From assembly GCA_029256575.1 (NCBI GenBank), contig JAQSXR010000002.1, forward strand, positions 72,272 through 136,271: a DNA stretch of 64,000 nt, given 5' to 3'. Numbering within the stretch: the stretch's first letter is position 1; each line of letters starts with the position of its first letter. Both the position numbers and the translations under genes were made by a program. This document shows positions 18,748-29,843 of the stretch, piece after piece. This stretch comes from Clostridiales bacterium. GTDB lineage: Bacteria; Bacillota; Clostridia; Lachnospirales; JAQSXR01. The notes below the pieces were generated by a model that did not search any database, was not told the DNA's origin, and worked only from the letters and a program-made list of their open reading frames with translations.

Positions 18748-21063
18748 CTATTCTTGAACTAAATCTCGTGCATTAACTTTATGCAAGGATTTAGAAGATA
18801 TCAATGTGCTTATTACAAATAAAATGATTATTCCTATATTGGTTATCGCAATATGAGACCAAGTATACATAACTGGGTATTCAAGAAAACCGAAAACTGA
18901 TAATGCCAACTTCATAATACTAGGATAACTGATAATCGATATCGGTAACGCTAAACTCATAGAAGCAACTGCTAGCAACCCAACGTAATACATGTTTGCT
19001 TTAATTAAGTGTTTCGTGGAATATCCAATGCATTTATAAGTAGCATTTATTTTTTGTGCATTTGCATTTTTTAACATTACGATACAAAAAATGTTAGTCC
19101 CTCCAAGTAAAAGTACAAGGATTACTACTGGTGGAAGTGCTTTTTGCTGTGGAATAACAATCATATCCATAATACTACTAAACTGTTCTGTCCTCCGCAC
19201 CACATCACCTTCATCCCCAATTTTCGCTCTAATATCGCTTACAAAGGTATCTATGTCTTCCCCTTCTCTTAAATAAATAGAGATATTGTTATACTTTAGA
19301 TCAATCCCATTTTCTTTATAAACATCAGTAGTTATCCTACAACTCTCACCAACATTATAATAAGTCTGATATATACCAGTAATCAGAAGATCTATTTTCT
19401 TTGTTCCATTCAAATATATTTCAATATAATCACCAACTGTTTTCTTTAGTTCTCCTGACATTTTAGATGCTATCGCAATCTCTTTCCCTGTACTTGGATT
19501 TCTACCTTCCACAATTTGTAAGTTAGTCATTGAATAATCATCATATACTAATCCATGCATGGACGTTGACCTCATTCCTTTACTCCATTTCATTGTAATA
19601 AGATTGTCATAACTACAATAATTTGAATTAACAACTTTTTCGTCCTCGTTTACAATATCGTGTACACGTTCAAACGATTTACTATCCGCTATGTCAATTA
19701 CAACATCACATTTCTCCACACCAAGCCAATAATCATTATTCTCTTTCATTGTATTAGCTACATCTATCGAGATAATCCCAAAATTTATAGCAAAAATAGT
19801 AAAAATACAAGTAACTAATAGTCCTATGACGCTTCTCTTACCCCTTGATATCGTTCTTAACGCAATTCCCAATGGAGAAAATTGTATTTTAGAATTTCCT
19901 TTATATTTTTTCTTCTTCTTAATCCCATCATTTGTATTTCCAGCTAGTGCAACCACAGGTCTAACTTTCTTTGTTTTTGCAATAATCATCCAAATTACCA
20001 ATAAAACGAATCCTACTGTTATTAAGTAGCAAAGTATCCCTGGAATTGCAACATTAGTTCCTTTTACTTGCCCTATTCTGTCATATATAGTGGATAATAC
20101 CTTATCAGATATAAAAACCGAACCAATTATTCCAACTAAACTAGCAAATGATACAATTACAAAATAAAATATCAAGTACATTTTCAATATATCATTGGAC
20201 GAATAACCCATAGTTTTAAAAATAGCAATTTTCTTAGCATCTGTAATCATTGCATTTCTAATCATAAAATGAATGATTAGAGCACTGACAAAAAGCATTA
20301 TAATTCCAATCGCTAGAAATGCGGCACCAATGATATTACCTGTTATTAAACTGATACTAATTCTTTCTTCGAGTGTATACATACGACCCGCCAGTTGGCC
20401 ATCGTATTTCTCCCGATATGCTATTTCAATATCACTCCCATTAAACCCCTCTTTACCATAAAGACATACCATTAATCTTGAATCAAGTTCTTCTGGTATT
20501 TTATTTATCAAAATTTCACTATCAAAAGCTGTCGAAACACTATATGGGCTTGTGTAAATCCCTTTTACCTTATAAGATTTCAAACCTTCTGAAAAGTGTA
20601 TATCAACTGTCTCACCCACTTGAATATTATAAGTAATTCCAATCGATGCTGGTATAACACATTCCCAATCTTCTAAAAATGATGCAGCATTTTTATTACC
20701 TTCTAAGTATTTAAATTTCGAATGAACTGATTTATTATATTGGCTAATCTCTAAAAATGCTTCTATCTTCTCTCCATTAGTAGTCACTTCCTCGTCCAAA
20801 TAATAATTATCAACATATTCTACTCGTTTAACATTATTAAGCGAAGCAAATTGTTCCCCAATTGTATAAATATCCGTGTCTTCTTTCGAATATGTAAACA
20901 AAATCGCAGAAGCAGAATCGCATTCCTTGGAAAACTCATCATATGGTTTATCAAGTGCGATTAATATACTCGTTGCACTTGTAAGTAATGCAGAGCATAG
21001 TAGAATTACTATAACTATCAAAGCAGTTTGTATTTTTCTTGTTCTAAAATTTTTCTTCCACAT
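18748..21063 (-). CDS. FtsX-family ABC transporter permease
   Basis: 771 aa with two FtsX-like 4-TM blocks separated by large extracytoplasmic domains. Confidence 0.8.
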   Translation of the reverse strand: MWKKNFRTRKIQTALIVIVILLCSALLTSATSILIALDKPYDEFSKECDSASAILFTYSKEDTDIYTIGEQFASLNNVKRVEYVDNYYLDEEVTTNGEKIEAFLEISQYNKSVHSKFKYLEGNKNAASFLEDWECVIPASIGITYNIQVGETVDIHFSEGLKSYKVKGIYTSPYSVSTAFDSEILINKIPEELDSRLMVCLYGKEGFNGSDIEIAYREKYDGQLAGRMYTLEERISISLITGNIIGAAFLAIGIIMLFVSALIIHFMIRNAMITDAKKIAIFKTMGYSSNDILKMYLIFYFVIVSFASLVGIIGSVFISDKVLSTIYDRIGQVKGTNVAIPGILCYLITVGFVLLVIWMIIAKTKKVRPVVALAGNTNDGIKKKKKYKGNSKIQFSPLGIALRTISRGKRSVIGLLVTCIFTIFAINFGIISIDVANTMKENNDYWLGVEKCDVVIDIADSKSFERVHDIVNEDEKVVNSNYCSYDNLITMKWSKGMRSTSMHGLVYDDYSMTNLQIVEGRNPSTGKEIAIASKMSGELKKTVGDYIEIYLNGTKKIDLLITGIYQTYYNVGESCRITTDVYKENGIDLKYNNISIYLREGEDIDTFVSDIRAKIGDEGDVVRRTEQFSSIMDMIVIPQQKALPPVVILVLLLGGTNIFCIVMLKNANAQKINATYKCIGYSTKHLIKANMYYVGLLAVASMSLALPISIISYPSIMKLALSVFGFLEYPVMYTWSHIAITNIGIIILFVISTLISSKSLHKVNARDLVQE

Positions 21064-21173
21064 ATTATCCTTCTCCTCTTCGTATCTCTTAATATTATAA
21101 TAAATGGAAAATATAAAATAAAAATAGATAAATTATTAATAATTATTAATAAGATTTGTGAACATTAATTAAA

Positions 21174-21203
21174 ATAAAAAAACGGCACCAATTGGCACCG
21201 TTT
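21174..21203 (-). terminator. Strand-specific intrinsic terminator after the YibE/F gene
   Basis: The minus-strand RNA acggugcc-aauu-ggugccgu pairs using two G-U wobbles and is followed by U7. The plus strand cannot form this stem. Confidence 0.6.
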
Positions 21204-21210
21204 GTAGAGA

Positions 21211-22374
21211 TTAACTTTTACTTTTTTTGATCAAAAAACCACCACTAATTATTCTTGATCCGATAAATGCTACTATTGGAACTGTAAGAATAATCCCAAT
21301 GCTCGCCGAAATACTTCTGATTATCTCAATAGCAATTAAATCCGTATTAATTAATTGCATAAGCGGTATTCCATATGAAAAAATCATCAACAACATATTC
21401 AAGGATGATCCTGCAAATGCTAAAATCAAAGTGTTTGCCATTGTTCCCATGGCATCTTTACCTATATTCATACCCGATTTAAATAATGCTTGTCCCTTCA
21501 TCTTCGGATTTACAGTATGTAATTCATAAATTGAAGATGATATACTCATTGCTACGTCCATAACTGCTCCAAGTGAAGAAATTAATATTCCTGCAACGAA
21601 TAAGTCTTTTATTTTCAAACCATCATCCGTCGCTACTAATAATAATGACTCTGCTTCTTCCATATTGAATCCACTAACATGTGCAATTTTCCCCGCTATA
21701 TACGCTAAAAATCCTGCTACTAATACCCCCAGAATAGTCCCTGATATAGCTGATATTGTTTTTGAATTAATACCATCCAATAGAATCATACAAACTATGG
21801 TGGTAATAACTACAATTGCCATAGTCATTAATAAAACTGGATATCCTTTTGAAATTAACGGAATTAAAATTGAAATCACGCATACGACTGTAAATACCAA
21901 TCCTACAAGAGCCTTAAAACCTTTTTTGCCGCCTATTACACAAAGCAAGCCACCAAAAAGAATTAATATCCCATATAGAACGAATGAACGATCATAGTTA
22001 TACACAGATGCACTATATTCTCCATCGTATGTATCAATTCGAACTATAACCTTAGTTCCTTCTTTCGTATATATATTATACAATAACCCAAGATAATTAT
22101 CGATTATTTGTGTTTCGCCTTTGTGTTCTCCACTTAGAATTTTAATTTCTATTTTTTGATCACCACGTCTAATTCCTTCTGAATTTCCATCTATTTGAGT
22201 ATTGTCTTCAAGAACTTCTATGACTTTTGCCTTGACATATCTTGTTGGTGATTTTCCTTCAGTTTTAAAATTCTCTGGGTTATTTTTATTAGCTAGTATT
22301 AATAGTATTGAAAAAAAGGTTATAAATACTATTACTGCAATTGTCTTTATTATTAACGTTTTCCTTTTGTCCAA
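21211..22374 (-). CDS. YibE/F-family membrane protein
   Basis: N-terminal TM segment, a soluble region of about 110 aa, then a polytopic C-terminal half typical of YibE/F. Confidence 0.7.
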   Translation of the reverse strand: MDKRKTLIIKTIAVIVFITFFSILLILANKNNPENFKTEGKSPTRYVKAKVIEVLEDNTQIDGNSEGIRRGDQKIEIKILSGEHKGETQIIDNYLGLLYNIYTKEGTKVIVRIDTYDGEYSASVYNYDRSFVLYGILILFGGLLCVIGGKKGFKALVGLVFTVVCVISILIPLISKGYPVLLMTMAIVVITTIVCMILLDGINSKTISAISGTILGVLVAGFLAYIAGKIAHVSGFNMEEAESLLLVATDDGLKIKDLFVAGILISSLGAVMDVAMSISSSIYELHTVNPKMKGQALFKSGMNIGKDAMGTMANTLILAFAGSSLNMLLMIFSYGIPLMQLINTDLIAIEIIRSISASIGIILTVPIVAFIGSRIISGGFLIKKSKS

Positions 22375-22510
22375 TTTGATCTTCCTTTACTTTCTATTTC
22401 GTAATCATATTATTGGGCTGTCTACATTGGATGTGACAGCCCATAATATTTTATTTAGAATAAGTTTAAGCTATTTTAATAATGTCTAAGCTTTTTCAAT
22501 AATGTTAAAG

Positions 22511-25500
22511 CTATTTTAGTAATTTACTTATAACTTGAGCTGCTTCTGCTCTCGTTAATGTATCTTTTGGAGCAAATGTATTGTTAACTTTTCCTGCAAT
22601 AATTCCTGCCTGTCTTATTTGGCTTACAGCAACTTTTGCATAACTTGCTATTATTGCTTCATCCGTAAAACTTGTATTGCTATTTGATAAATTAATCTTA
22701 GCAACATTCACCATATAGTTTGCAATCATAACTGCCATTTCTTCTCTAGTAATTGCACTCGTAGGAGAGAACTTTCCGTTATTCCCTTGAGCAACCCCAT
22801 TTGCCATTGCCCAATTTGCTGCATTTGCATACCAAGCTGTTGGTGAAACATCACTGAAATGTGCCTTATTATATTTACTTAAGTCTGCGCCTGATAGTTT
22901 AGCTAGCATCATAATAAATTCTGCTCTTGTTACATTTTTAGTTGGTTCATATGCATTTGTTGAAGTACCTATTGAGATTCTTAGTTCCGCTAAAGAATAT
23001 ACAGCTTCTTTATACCAAGCTGATGCTGGAACATCCATAAACTTAATATTTGGTAGTTCATATGCGACTGTATAATGACTAAAATGTGTTGTTGTGAAAG
23101 TTACTTGCTTCTTTTCAACATCATATCTCGTATCATTTACTACTTCTAACACATTTTTAGAATTTATATAGTAGATGATTATGTTTTGTGGTTTTTCACC
23201 TACTTTAAGTTCATAAGGTACACTTATTGTTGCTTTTCCCCCATTAAATTGGGATATTTCTTTATCTCCAGAAGTAATTTTCAATTCATACACTGGTCTA
23301 TCCTTTGTAATTTCTTGTACTTCTGCACTTAATTTATTCTTTTCAACCTTCACAATACTTAACATAACTTCATTTTTACCTTCAGAAACTAATGTTTGAA
23401 GTGTGTTTTTGTCAAGTGTGATATCTCCAATTGGTGTTGATATTTTCAACGTTTTTACATCACTATTTACTATTGCGGCAAGTGCTGCTGTTGGTATTAT
23501 TGTTTCAACTGCTCCAATATAACCACTATTCGCTGCTGCTACAACATTTAATTCTACTTCACCAAGTGGTTTCTCATTTAAATCCCCAAGTTTTGCTATT
23601 TCAGCTAAGGCAGCTGCAATGGCTCTGCTAATTACTGATGAATCAACATTAACTTGTGCCTTGTTGTTAATAAGTTTTGCATCAATATTTGTTGCAACTA
23701 CAAGTGTTGAAGTTTCTCCTACATTAACTAACGATACTTCTTGTTTTGGTGTTGGTGTAGCAGTTGTTGTAGTAGGTGTTGAAGTTTGTACTTCTGGATT
23801 TAGATTAACAATCTCAGCTCTATCACGAACACGTATTCTTACGCCTTCTGTATCCATTGATGATAATCCAACTGCGGTTACTTGGTCCCCTATTTCAAGA
23901 ATAGTTGTATGATCTACTTGTGTTGAACTTCCAATATATCCATTTACAAATACTCTGATTGGTGTACCACTAGAATCTTTTACCATAAAGTGAGATACAA
24001 CGCCCTCTACCTTTACTATCTCTGTAATTTTACCATTTACCATAATTAATTTACCACCAGTTGCTAAATAATTAGCAGCCTGAGCTGTTGTAACTAGCTC
24101 TGGTTCTACTTTATTAATTGTTGTATCAATTACAGAAGCATTGATAACAACTAATTCAAGATCATTTTCATATTTTTCAAGTATTCCTGTAACTCTTACT
24201 TTCTGACCATTCAATATTCCTTGTTCATTAATTGGGAATATATCCATTCCTCCAGTAGAATCTTGTATGTATATTGTATCAAAGAAAGCATTTCCTGTTT
24301 CTGTACCGGCTGTAACAGTTCCTTCAATAGTAAATACATCTCCAAGATTTCCAAGTCTTGCATCCGCTATAGGTGTGATAGCAATTTCCTTTTGTGACAT
24401 CTTTAATGCATTTAGTATTATATTGTAATTAGCATATTGTAGGTCCCAAATGTTATCCATTTCTGCCTTTACTTCAAAGTTAGACATGAATACCGAGCCA
24501 CCAACAAGCATAAATCCGCCACCAGCTAATTTTTCACTTGCAAGTACTATTACATTTCCTTTTTCAGTTGGAACGAAGTTTGTATCAAATTTTGTAGTAT
24601 CCGTTACTTCTGTTGTTGCATATCCTTTTATTAAGTATTCAACTTTTCCTGCTTCAACTGCTGCTGCATCTAAAGAGATTGATGAACCTTTATAGATACT
24701 ATATTGTTGTTCTGGTACTACACCTTCTAAGAACTCTGATTCCATATTAAAGCCTTTTAGGTATAGTCTATACTCTTGACCGCCATTCGTTGTAAAATCT
24801 GTCGCTTGGTCACTATTAATCTTAGTAGTTGCACCAATAGCAGCTAGCAATTTATTTAATTCAGTTGAAGTTTGATAATCTGCTTTATCTTGTAAGTCTG
24901 AAAGACCACAGATTATTATGTTCCCGCCTGCATCTACATAATTCTTAACCATAGCAATGTATTCATCACTAAAATGAACTGCCACATATGGTTTATTATC
25001 TGAATTAACTCCTGGGCTCTTTGCTGGTGCTGATATTACAAGTAAGCCTGCATCTGCTAACATTTCAGGTGTTATTTTATCTTTAACAACTTTTACTTGA
25101 ACCATTTCTTTTGCTGCAAATTTTGTAAAGTTAACCATATTTCCAGAGTAGTAACCATATACATAGTCGTTTGAATGAGTACCATCTACTATTACTTTAG
25201 TTACTATACTTGGATCATTAAAAGTAATCTTTACAACATCTGTATAAACTTTTTCTTGACCGTCCATTGTCGTGTATAATTTAACATCTATATTAAATTT
25301 ACCCGCTTTTGGACTCGTATACTTAATTGTTGCAGAAGATTGAGTGAGTGAAGCAAGTGCTTCTACACCTGTTACGGTTTGAATTATTTCACCATTAATC
25401 GAATACACTAATTTTGTTACTTCTAAAGGTAGTGTTTCGTTATTATAAAATGAAGTGGTAATCTCTACTTCTTCGCCTTTAAGTACTAATTCTGTATTAA

Positions 25501-28500
25501 CAGTTGATTTTGCAATACCACATTTTTCAACATCGCCAACCCAAACAGGTGCAGTTACTGCGATATCCTTGTCAGCTTGTGTAATTCTTATATAATAATA
25601 GGAATAATTAGCTGGTAAAGTAAATGTTACTACTTCATTAGAAGATGTAACAACTTTTGAAGCTGCTACCATACCACCATTTACGATTACTTCTACATTT
25701 CCAATAGCTTCATTATCTGGATCTTCGATATCTACTGCAATATTTACTGTATCAGTAGGGACATCGATAATAGTTCCCATTATATTATTATTTAAAGTAT
25801 ATAATATGCTTAAGTTATTATCTTCTGTAGCATATATCCTCATGTCAGTCATTGCTTCATATATTGAAGACTCTGTTAAACTTTGTGTAACCGCAACTGT
25901 TCTTGCAGTATTTGAATCTCCCCATTTACCTTTATGGTTATCTTGGTTATTTGTTGGAGCTACATGCCAACCCTTATCCAATGCACGGGTATAATATTCA
26001 TATGATGGGAAATATCCAGTTCCACGAATTGGTCCCTCACCATTACCTACTTCTATCATAGTTACAAGTTTATCAATAGTAGGATCATACAAGGAAAAAT
26101 CACCAAAATCTCCAAATGTATCGCCAGGATGGTTAAACATTGTAATTGATTGTGTTTGAGTTTTTAAAGCATCATAATAATTCTTTAATGCTGCTGTGCC
26201 CTTGTAGTCAGCGTAATTACGATTTTCAAAGCCAGGTGTATTAAAGGTATTCATATGACCAATACTTCCACCAGACCATGTCATTTCATATGCATAAATA
26301 CCTACAAAACCGTCTACTTCGGCAGTTATATCTGCTGCTGCTTTTTTTCCTCTTAACCATTTTGTACTATTTGTTGCATCATTAATATGATTCGTACCTG
26401 CTACATCTTCAAGCCAGTTCGAGTGATCTGTTATAGCAAGGAAGTCTAGATTTTGTGCTTGTTTGGCTGCATATGAGAAAGCATCTTCGACTTCACCACT
26501 ACCATCTGATAAATTTGTATGTGCATGTATCTGTCCAAAATAAATATTATAATCTAATGTTCCTACTGTAAAATTCCAAGTATACGTCATAGTTTTTGAA
26601 TCTTGACGTGTAATTGTAATCTCAACAGTATGCTTCCCATCAGTAAGTACAGAAGGCGTATTAAATTCTGCTTTATGTATTTCACCAACTGCTGAAATAG
26701 TTGCGTCTACAGTTACTGAATCTAATTTCATAACAACTGTAGGTGAAACCCCAGCGTTTTCAAAATTAGCAATTATAGCAGGTTTATTTGCATTGGTACC
26801 TTCACCTGTACTTGAACCATTTGTTGGTGAAACATTTATAATTCTTGGAAGGTCAATAATATTCTTTATTACAGTAATATTAGAGGTGTTTGATGTCTCC
26901 ATTGTGTCTGTTGCTGTAACTACAAGATTTATTGTTGAACCAGTTAATTCAGCAGCTGAAACTGTATATGAATATAGTCCTGCTCCTGAGTTCGTCATTG
27001 TAACCGTCTTAGGTGTAGAGCCCTCAACTGTGTATGTTAACATTACACTTTCAATTCCTGTTCCATCTGTGACTACTGCAAGAACACGGTAATCTTCTCC
27101 AACTTTTGGGTCTGTAATATTATCAGTTTTTATAACTGGAGCATATTCATCTTTTGCTAAAGTTACATCGCTCGCTTTTGCTACCCTAAGTTGATAAGCA
27201 TTATTTTGAGCGAGTATCGCGATTACGTCAACCATGCTTCCTGCTGTTATTGCAGGTAATGCAGGTATTTTATATACATTAATTGCCTTACCACCAAGTG
27301 TTGTTACCGGAGTATTTTTAGAAGTATCAATAGTACCTAAAGTAGCCGCTTTTATTAATACTCTTTGAGACTCTAAGGCTTCTAACTGAGCATCCGTTAA
27401 TGTATCTAAATTAATTAGTTTAGGAGTTGGAAGTTCTTTTGTTTCTCCAACTGTAATTGATGTTATTGCTGTGATTTCTAATAACCCAGCGTATTCATCA
27501 AATACTCCAGAAACCGTTACTTCTTTACCAACCACTACATCACTAGGTTTACTAGTTACTAAACCATTCTTAAAGTATATATCAATTCCACCTGTGCTAT
27601 CTTGGATATACACATTACTTCCATCAATAAAAGTTACGATTCCTGTTGTAGTAACAGCCGTTCCTTTTCCTTTTGAAACAAATAGTGCTCTTGCTTCAGC
27701 AAGGTCTGTTTTCCCATCACCAATCGTAAATGAAAATGTATTCATTATTCCATCTATTCCATCTTTAGTTGCATACGCTTCTACCGTTGTAGCTTGAGTA
27801 AAGCTGAAGGAAGAAGTATATACTATAAATTCTCCAGTTCCATTAAGTCTATACATAATAGTAGCACCAGCAGTTTCACAAGCAAGTGAAATTGTATCGC
27901 TAACTAATACTTCGCCACCATTTGGAGTTGCTTTTATTTCTGCAACTGATGGTCTGCTTACAAATATTACATCTGATGCTGCTGCTACTCTTAGTTGATA
28001 GTTTGCATCTTTTTGAGACATTACAGCTACTATGTTTACTGTATCACCCTTATTAATACCCGTTAATGCAGGTAACTTGTATATATTAAGTGAATTGCCT
28101 AGTGTATCCGTAACAAGTGTATTGTCAACTACTTTTTCACCTACTATAACATTTTCAACTTTAATTCTCTTTGACTCAAAAGATTCTGCATTCGTAATCG
28201 CATCCGCTAGAGATACCACAATTGGTTCTGGTAATGTAGATGAACTTACAGTACCAAGTAATAGTGAAGAACTTAGTTGTTCAACCCCAGAATAAGCTCC
28301 ACGTGTACCATAGGCAATTATTTCATCTCCCAAATTAACTGACGGTGCAACTACAAAATACACAAGAATACCACCTGTTGTATCTTGTATTACAATGTTT
28401 TTTCCATCTATATGTGTTACAACACCTTTAACGAGCAATTTAGTCGCATTTGCTGCCGCACGCGCAGCTTCGATTGATACTAAATTACTTTCATTCAGCA

Positions 28501-29368
28501 TCGTATAATTTAATGTTGCAGTACTTGGTGTTTTACCATCAAGCTCGGATTTAACATATATAGTAACTGTACTACTACCCGTCGCTGTAAGTGTTATCTT
28601 ATCAGCATATGTACTCCATTCATCAGTTTCATTGTATCGATAGTAAATTGTTGATCCTACAGTGTCACATGATAATGAAATGTCAGTATTACCATAAAGG
28701 ATACTTCCGCTCGTAGGATTTGGAATAACTGGTGCAACGTTATTACTAACAACTCCGTCCATTGTATGTGATCCTAGATATATGATTGTATCTTTATCAT
28801 ATTGATCCCATTCTGAAAATGAAAAAGTAGTATTACCGTTCTTTATTAAAGACTTTCTAACTAATGTTTTGTCTACAGTAGAATAACTACCTTCCGTCCA
28901 GGCAGCACCAGGATCTACACCAACCACACCAAATAAATCAATCGTTGTTCCCAATTTATTTAATTTAAGTGCGTCATCTCCATTAAAGTTAGCTACAGCA
29001 GAGCCACTAATATCAGCAACTGCAAGTATTCCAGCTACTGCTGATGAATTACAAATAACATACACTTCACCATTTGGAATTGAACCTGTTAATGCTAATG
29101 ATGTACCAGCTGTTGCTGATCCATTTGTATAGATCTCAACCGTATAACTACTCAAATCAACAGTTGCTCCCGTTCCATTATAAATCTCAATTGCCTTATT
29201 ACTACTCCCACCCTCAATATACTCCGAGAAGAACAAATCTGTTGCTAATGCTCCCTCCGCCTTAGTATTAACTGCAGGAACCATACCTATCGTTAATATA
29301 AAAGCCATTATTAAAGATAGTATTCTTCTTAACCCCATTTTCCCACTTCTACCTTCGTTTTTATTCAT
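22511..29368 (-). CDS. Giant secreted S-layer-anchored protein: lamin-tail domain, repeated OB-fold modules, PHP metallo-phosphoesterase domain, C-terminal 3x SLH
   Basis: Signal peptide. LTD-like DLFFSEYIEGGSSNKAIEIYNGTG (aa ~40-190). Repeated V(K/T)G(V/I)VT.IDG.N..IQD.TGGI OB-like modules. PHP motif GQIHAHTNLSDGSG...LAITDHSN (nt ~25800-26550). SLH repeats FMDVP/FSDVS/FTDEA occupy the last ~190 aa. Confidence 0.85.
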   Translation of the reverse strand: MNKNEGRSGKMGLRRILSLIMAFILTIGMVPAVNTKAEGALATDLFFSEYIEGGSSNKAIEIYNGTGATVDLSSYTVEIYTNGSATAGTSLALTGSIPNGEVYVICNSSAVAGILAVADISGSAVANFNGDDALKLNKLGTTIDLFGVVGVDPGAAWTEGSYSTVDKTLVRKSLIKNGNTTFSFSEWDQYDKDTIIYLGSHTMDGVVSNNVAPVIPNPTSGSILYGNTDISLSCDTVGSTIYYRYNETDEWSTYADKITLTATGSSTVTIYVKSELDGKTPSTATLNYTMLNESNLVSIEAARAAANATKLLVKGVVTHIDGKNIVIQDTTGGILVYFVVAPSVNLGDEIIAYGTRGAYSGVEQLSSSLLLGTVSSSTLPEPIVVSLADAITNAESFESKRIKVENVIVGEKVVDNTLVTDTLGNSLNIYKLPALTGINKGDTVNIVAVMSQKDANYQLRVAAASDVIFVSRPSVAEIKATPNGGEVLVSDTISLACETAGATIMYRLNGTGEFIVYTSSFSFTQATTVEAYATKDGIDGIMNTFSFTIGDGKTDLAEARALFVSKGKGTAVTTTGIVTFIDGSNVYIQDSTGGIDIYFKNGLVTSKPSDVVVGKEVTVSGVFDEYAGLLEITAITSITVGETKELPTPKLINLDTLTDAQLEALESQRVLIKAATLGTIDTSKNTPVTTLGGKAINVYKIPALPAITAGSMVDVIAILAQNNAYQLRVAKASDVTLAKDEYAPVIKTDNITDPKVGEDYRVLAVVTDGTGIESVMLTYTVEGSTPKTVTMTNSGAGLYSYTVSAAELTGSTINLVVTATDTMETSNTSNITVIKNIIDLPRIINVSPTNGSSTGEGTNANKPAIIANFENAGVSPTVVMKLDSVTVDATISAVGEIHKAEFNTPSVLTDGKHTVEITITRQDSKTMTYTWNFTVGTLDYNIYFGQIHAHTNLSDGSGEVEDAFSYAAKQAQNLDFLAITDHSNWLEDVAGTNHINDATNSTKWLRGKKAAADITAEVDGFVGIYAYEMTWSGGSIGHMNTFNTPGFENRNYADYKGTAALKNYYDALKTQTQSITMFNHPGDTFGDFGDFSLYDPTIDKLVTMIEVGNGEGPIRGTGYFPSYEYYTRALDKGWHVAPTNNQDNHKGKWGDSNTARTVAVTQSLTESSIYEAMTDMRIYATEDNNLSILYTLNNNIMGTIIDVPTDTVNIAVDIEDPDNEAIGNVEVIVNGGMVAASKVVTSSNEVVTFTLPANYSYYYIRITQADKDIAVTAPVWVGDVEKCGIAKSTVNTELVLKGEEVEITTSFYNNETLPLEVTKLVYSINGEIIQTVTGVEALASLTQSSATIKYTSPKAGKFNIDVKLYTTMDGQEKVYTDVVKITFNDPSIVTKVIVDGTHSNDYVYGYYSGNMVNFTKFAAKEMVQVKVVKDKITPEMLADAGLLVISAPAKSPGVNSDNKPYVAVHFSDEYIAMVKNYVDAGGNIIICGLSDLQDKADYQTSTELNKLLAAIGATTKINSDQATDFTTNGGQEYRLYLKGFNMESEFLEGVVPEQQYSIYKGSSISLDAAAVEAGKVEYLIKGYATTEVTDTTKFDTNFVPTEKGNVIVLASEKLAGGGFMLVGGSVFMSNFEVKAEMDNIWDLQYANYNIILNALKMSQKEIAITPIADARLGNLGDVFTIEGTVTAGTETGNAFFDTIYIQDSTGGMDIFPINEQGILNGQKVRVTGILEKYENDLELVVINASVIDTTINKVEPELVTTAQAANYLATGGKLIMVNGKITEIVKVEGVVSHFMVKDSSGTPIRVFVNGYIGSSTQVDHTTILEIGDQVTAVGLSSMDTEGVRIRVRDRAEIVNLNPEVQTSTPTTTTATPTPKQEVSLVNVGETSTLVVATNIDAKLINNKAQVNVDSSVISRAIAAALAEIAKLGDLNEKPLGEVELNVVAAANSGYIGAVETIIPTAALAAIVNSDVKTLKISTPIGDITLDKNTLQTLVSEGKNEVMLSIVKVEKNKLSAEVQEITKDRPVYELKITSGDKEISQFNGGKATISVPYELKVGEKPQNIIIYYINSKNVLEVVNDTRYDVEKKQVTFTTTHFSHYTVAYELPNIKFMDVPASAWYKEAVYSLAELRISIGTSTNAYEPTKNVTRAEFIMMLAKLSGADLSKYNKAHFSDVSPTAWYANAANWAMANGVAQGNNGKFSPTSAITREEMAVMIANYMVNVAKINLSNSNTSFTDEAIIASYAKVAVSQIRQAGIIAGKVNNTFAPKDTLTRAEAAQVISKLLK

Positions 29369-29843
29369 TTTCTAAATTTCCTCCTCCTAATATTTTTTTT
29401 ATTAATTGGAACCATTTTTGAATAGCATATAAATTTAATAATTTTTGCAAGTCTCCCTTCATTTCTTTTTTTGTAACTATACTCACTTAGTATAACATTA
29501 CCATACCTTTCCAAATATCTAGATTAAGTAACTTTAATGTTAAGTACGTGTTAACTAAGTTTGTTGTCTCAAGAAACCCTAATAATAGCTTAAGTATAGG
29601 TTATTGTACTAAGTAATCATATCACATGTTCATGCTATTTTCTATAAATTTCCATTACTCTTCTAACATTTTTTTTAGTAAACGGTGCATATCTTTTTTG
29701 CACTAATTTCCTTCATATTTATTCTTTGTTGTTTTTCTTTACTAGAAAATAAATACAACCAGGCCGTCTTTAAAATCGTGACAGCCTAATCAATGTTTAC
29801 TTAAATTTAATCTCTTTCACTGCAATTCTTCGTTTTATTTCTT

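Noticed and set aside
21181-21203. An apparent DNA palindrome that would give a bidirectional terminator.
   Set aside because: At the DNA level the arms (ggcacc ... ggcacc) are direct, not inverted. Pairing works only in the minus-strand RNA through G-U wobbles, so it is called as a strand-specific terminator.
22511-29368. Numerous 60-110-aa plus-strand ORFs inside the giant gene, and similar antisense ORFs inside other long genes (for example 2004-2282, 13770-14306, 21227-21997, 37533-37853, 50057-51878).
   Set aside because: They are embedded antisense to long, motif-supported CDSs and have low-complexity or hydrophobic translations with no SD. This is the typical shadow-ORF pattern.
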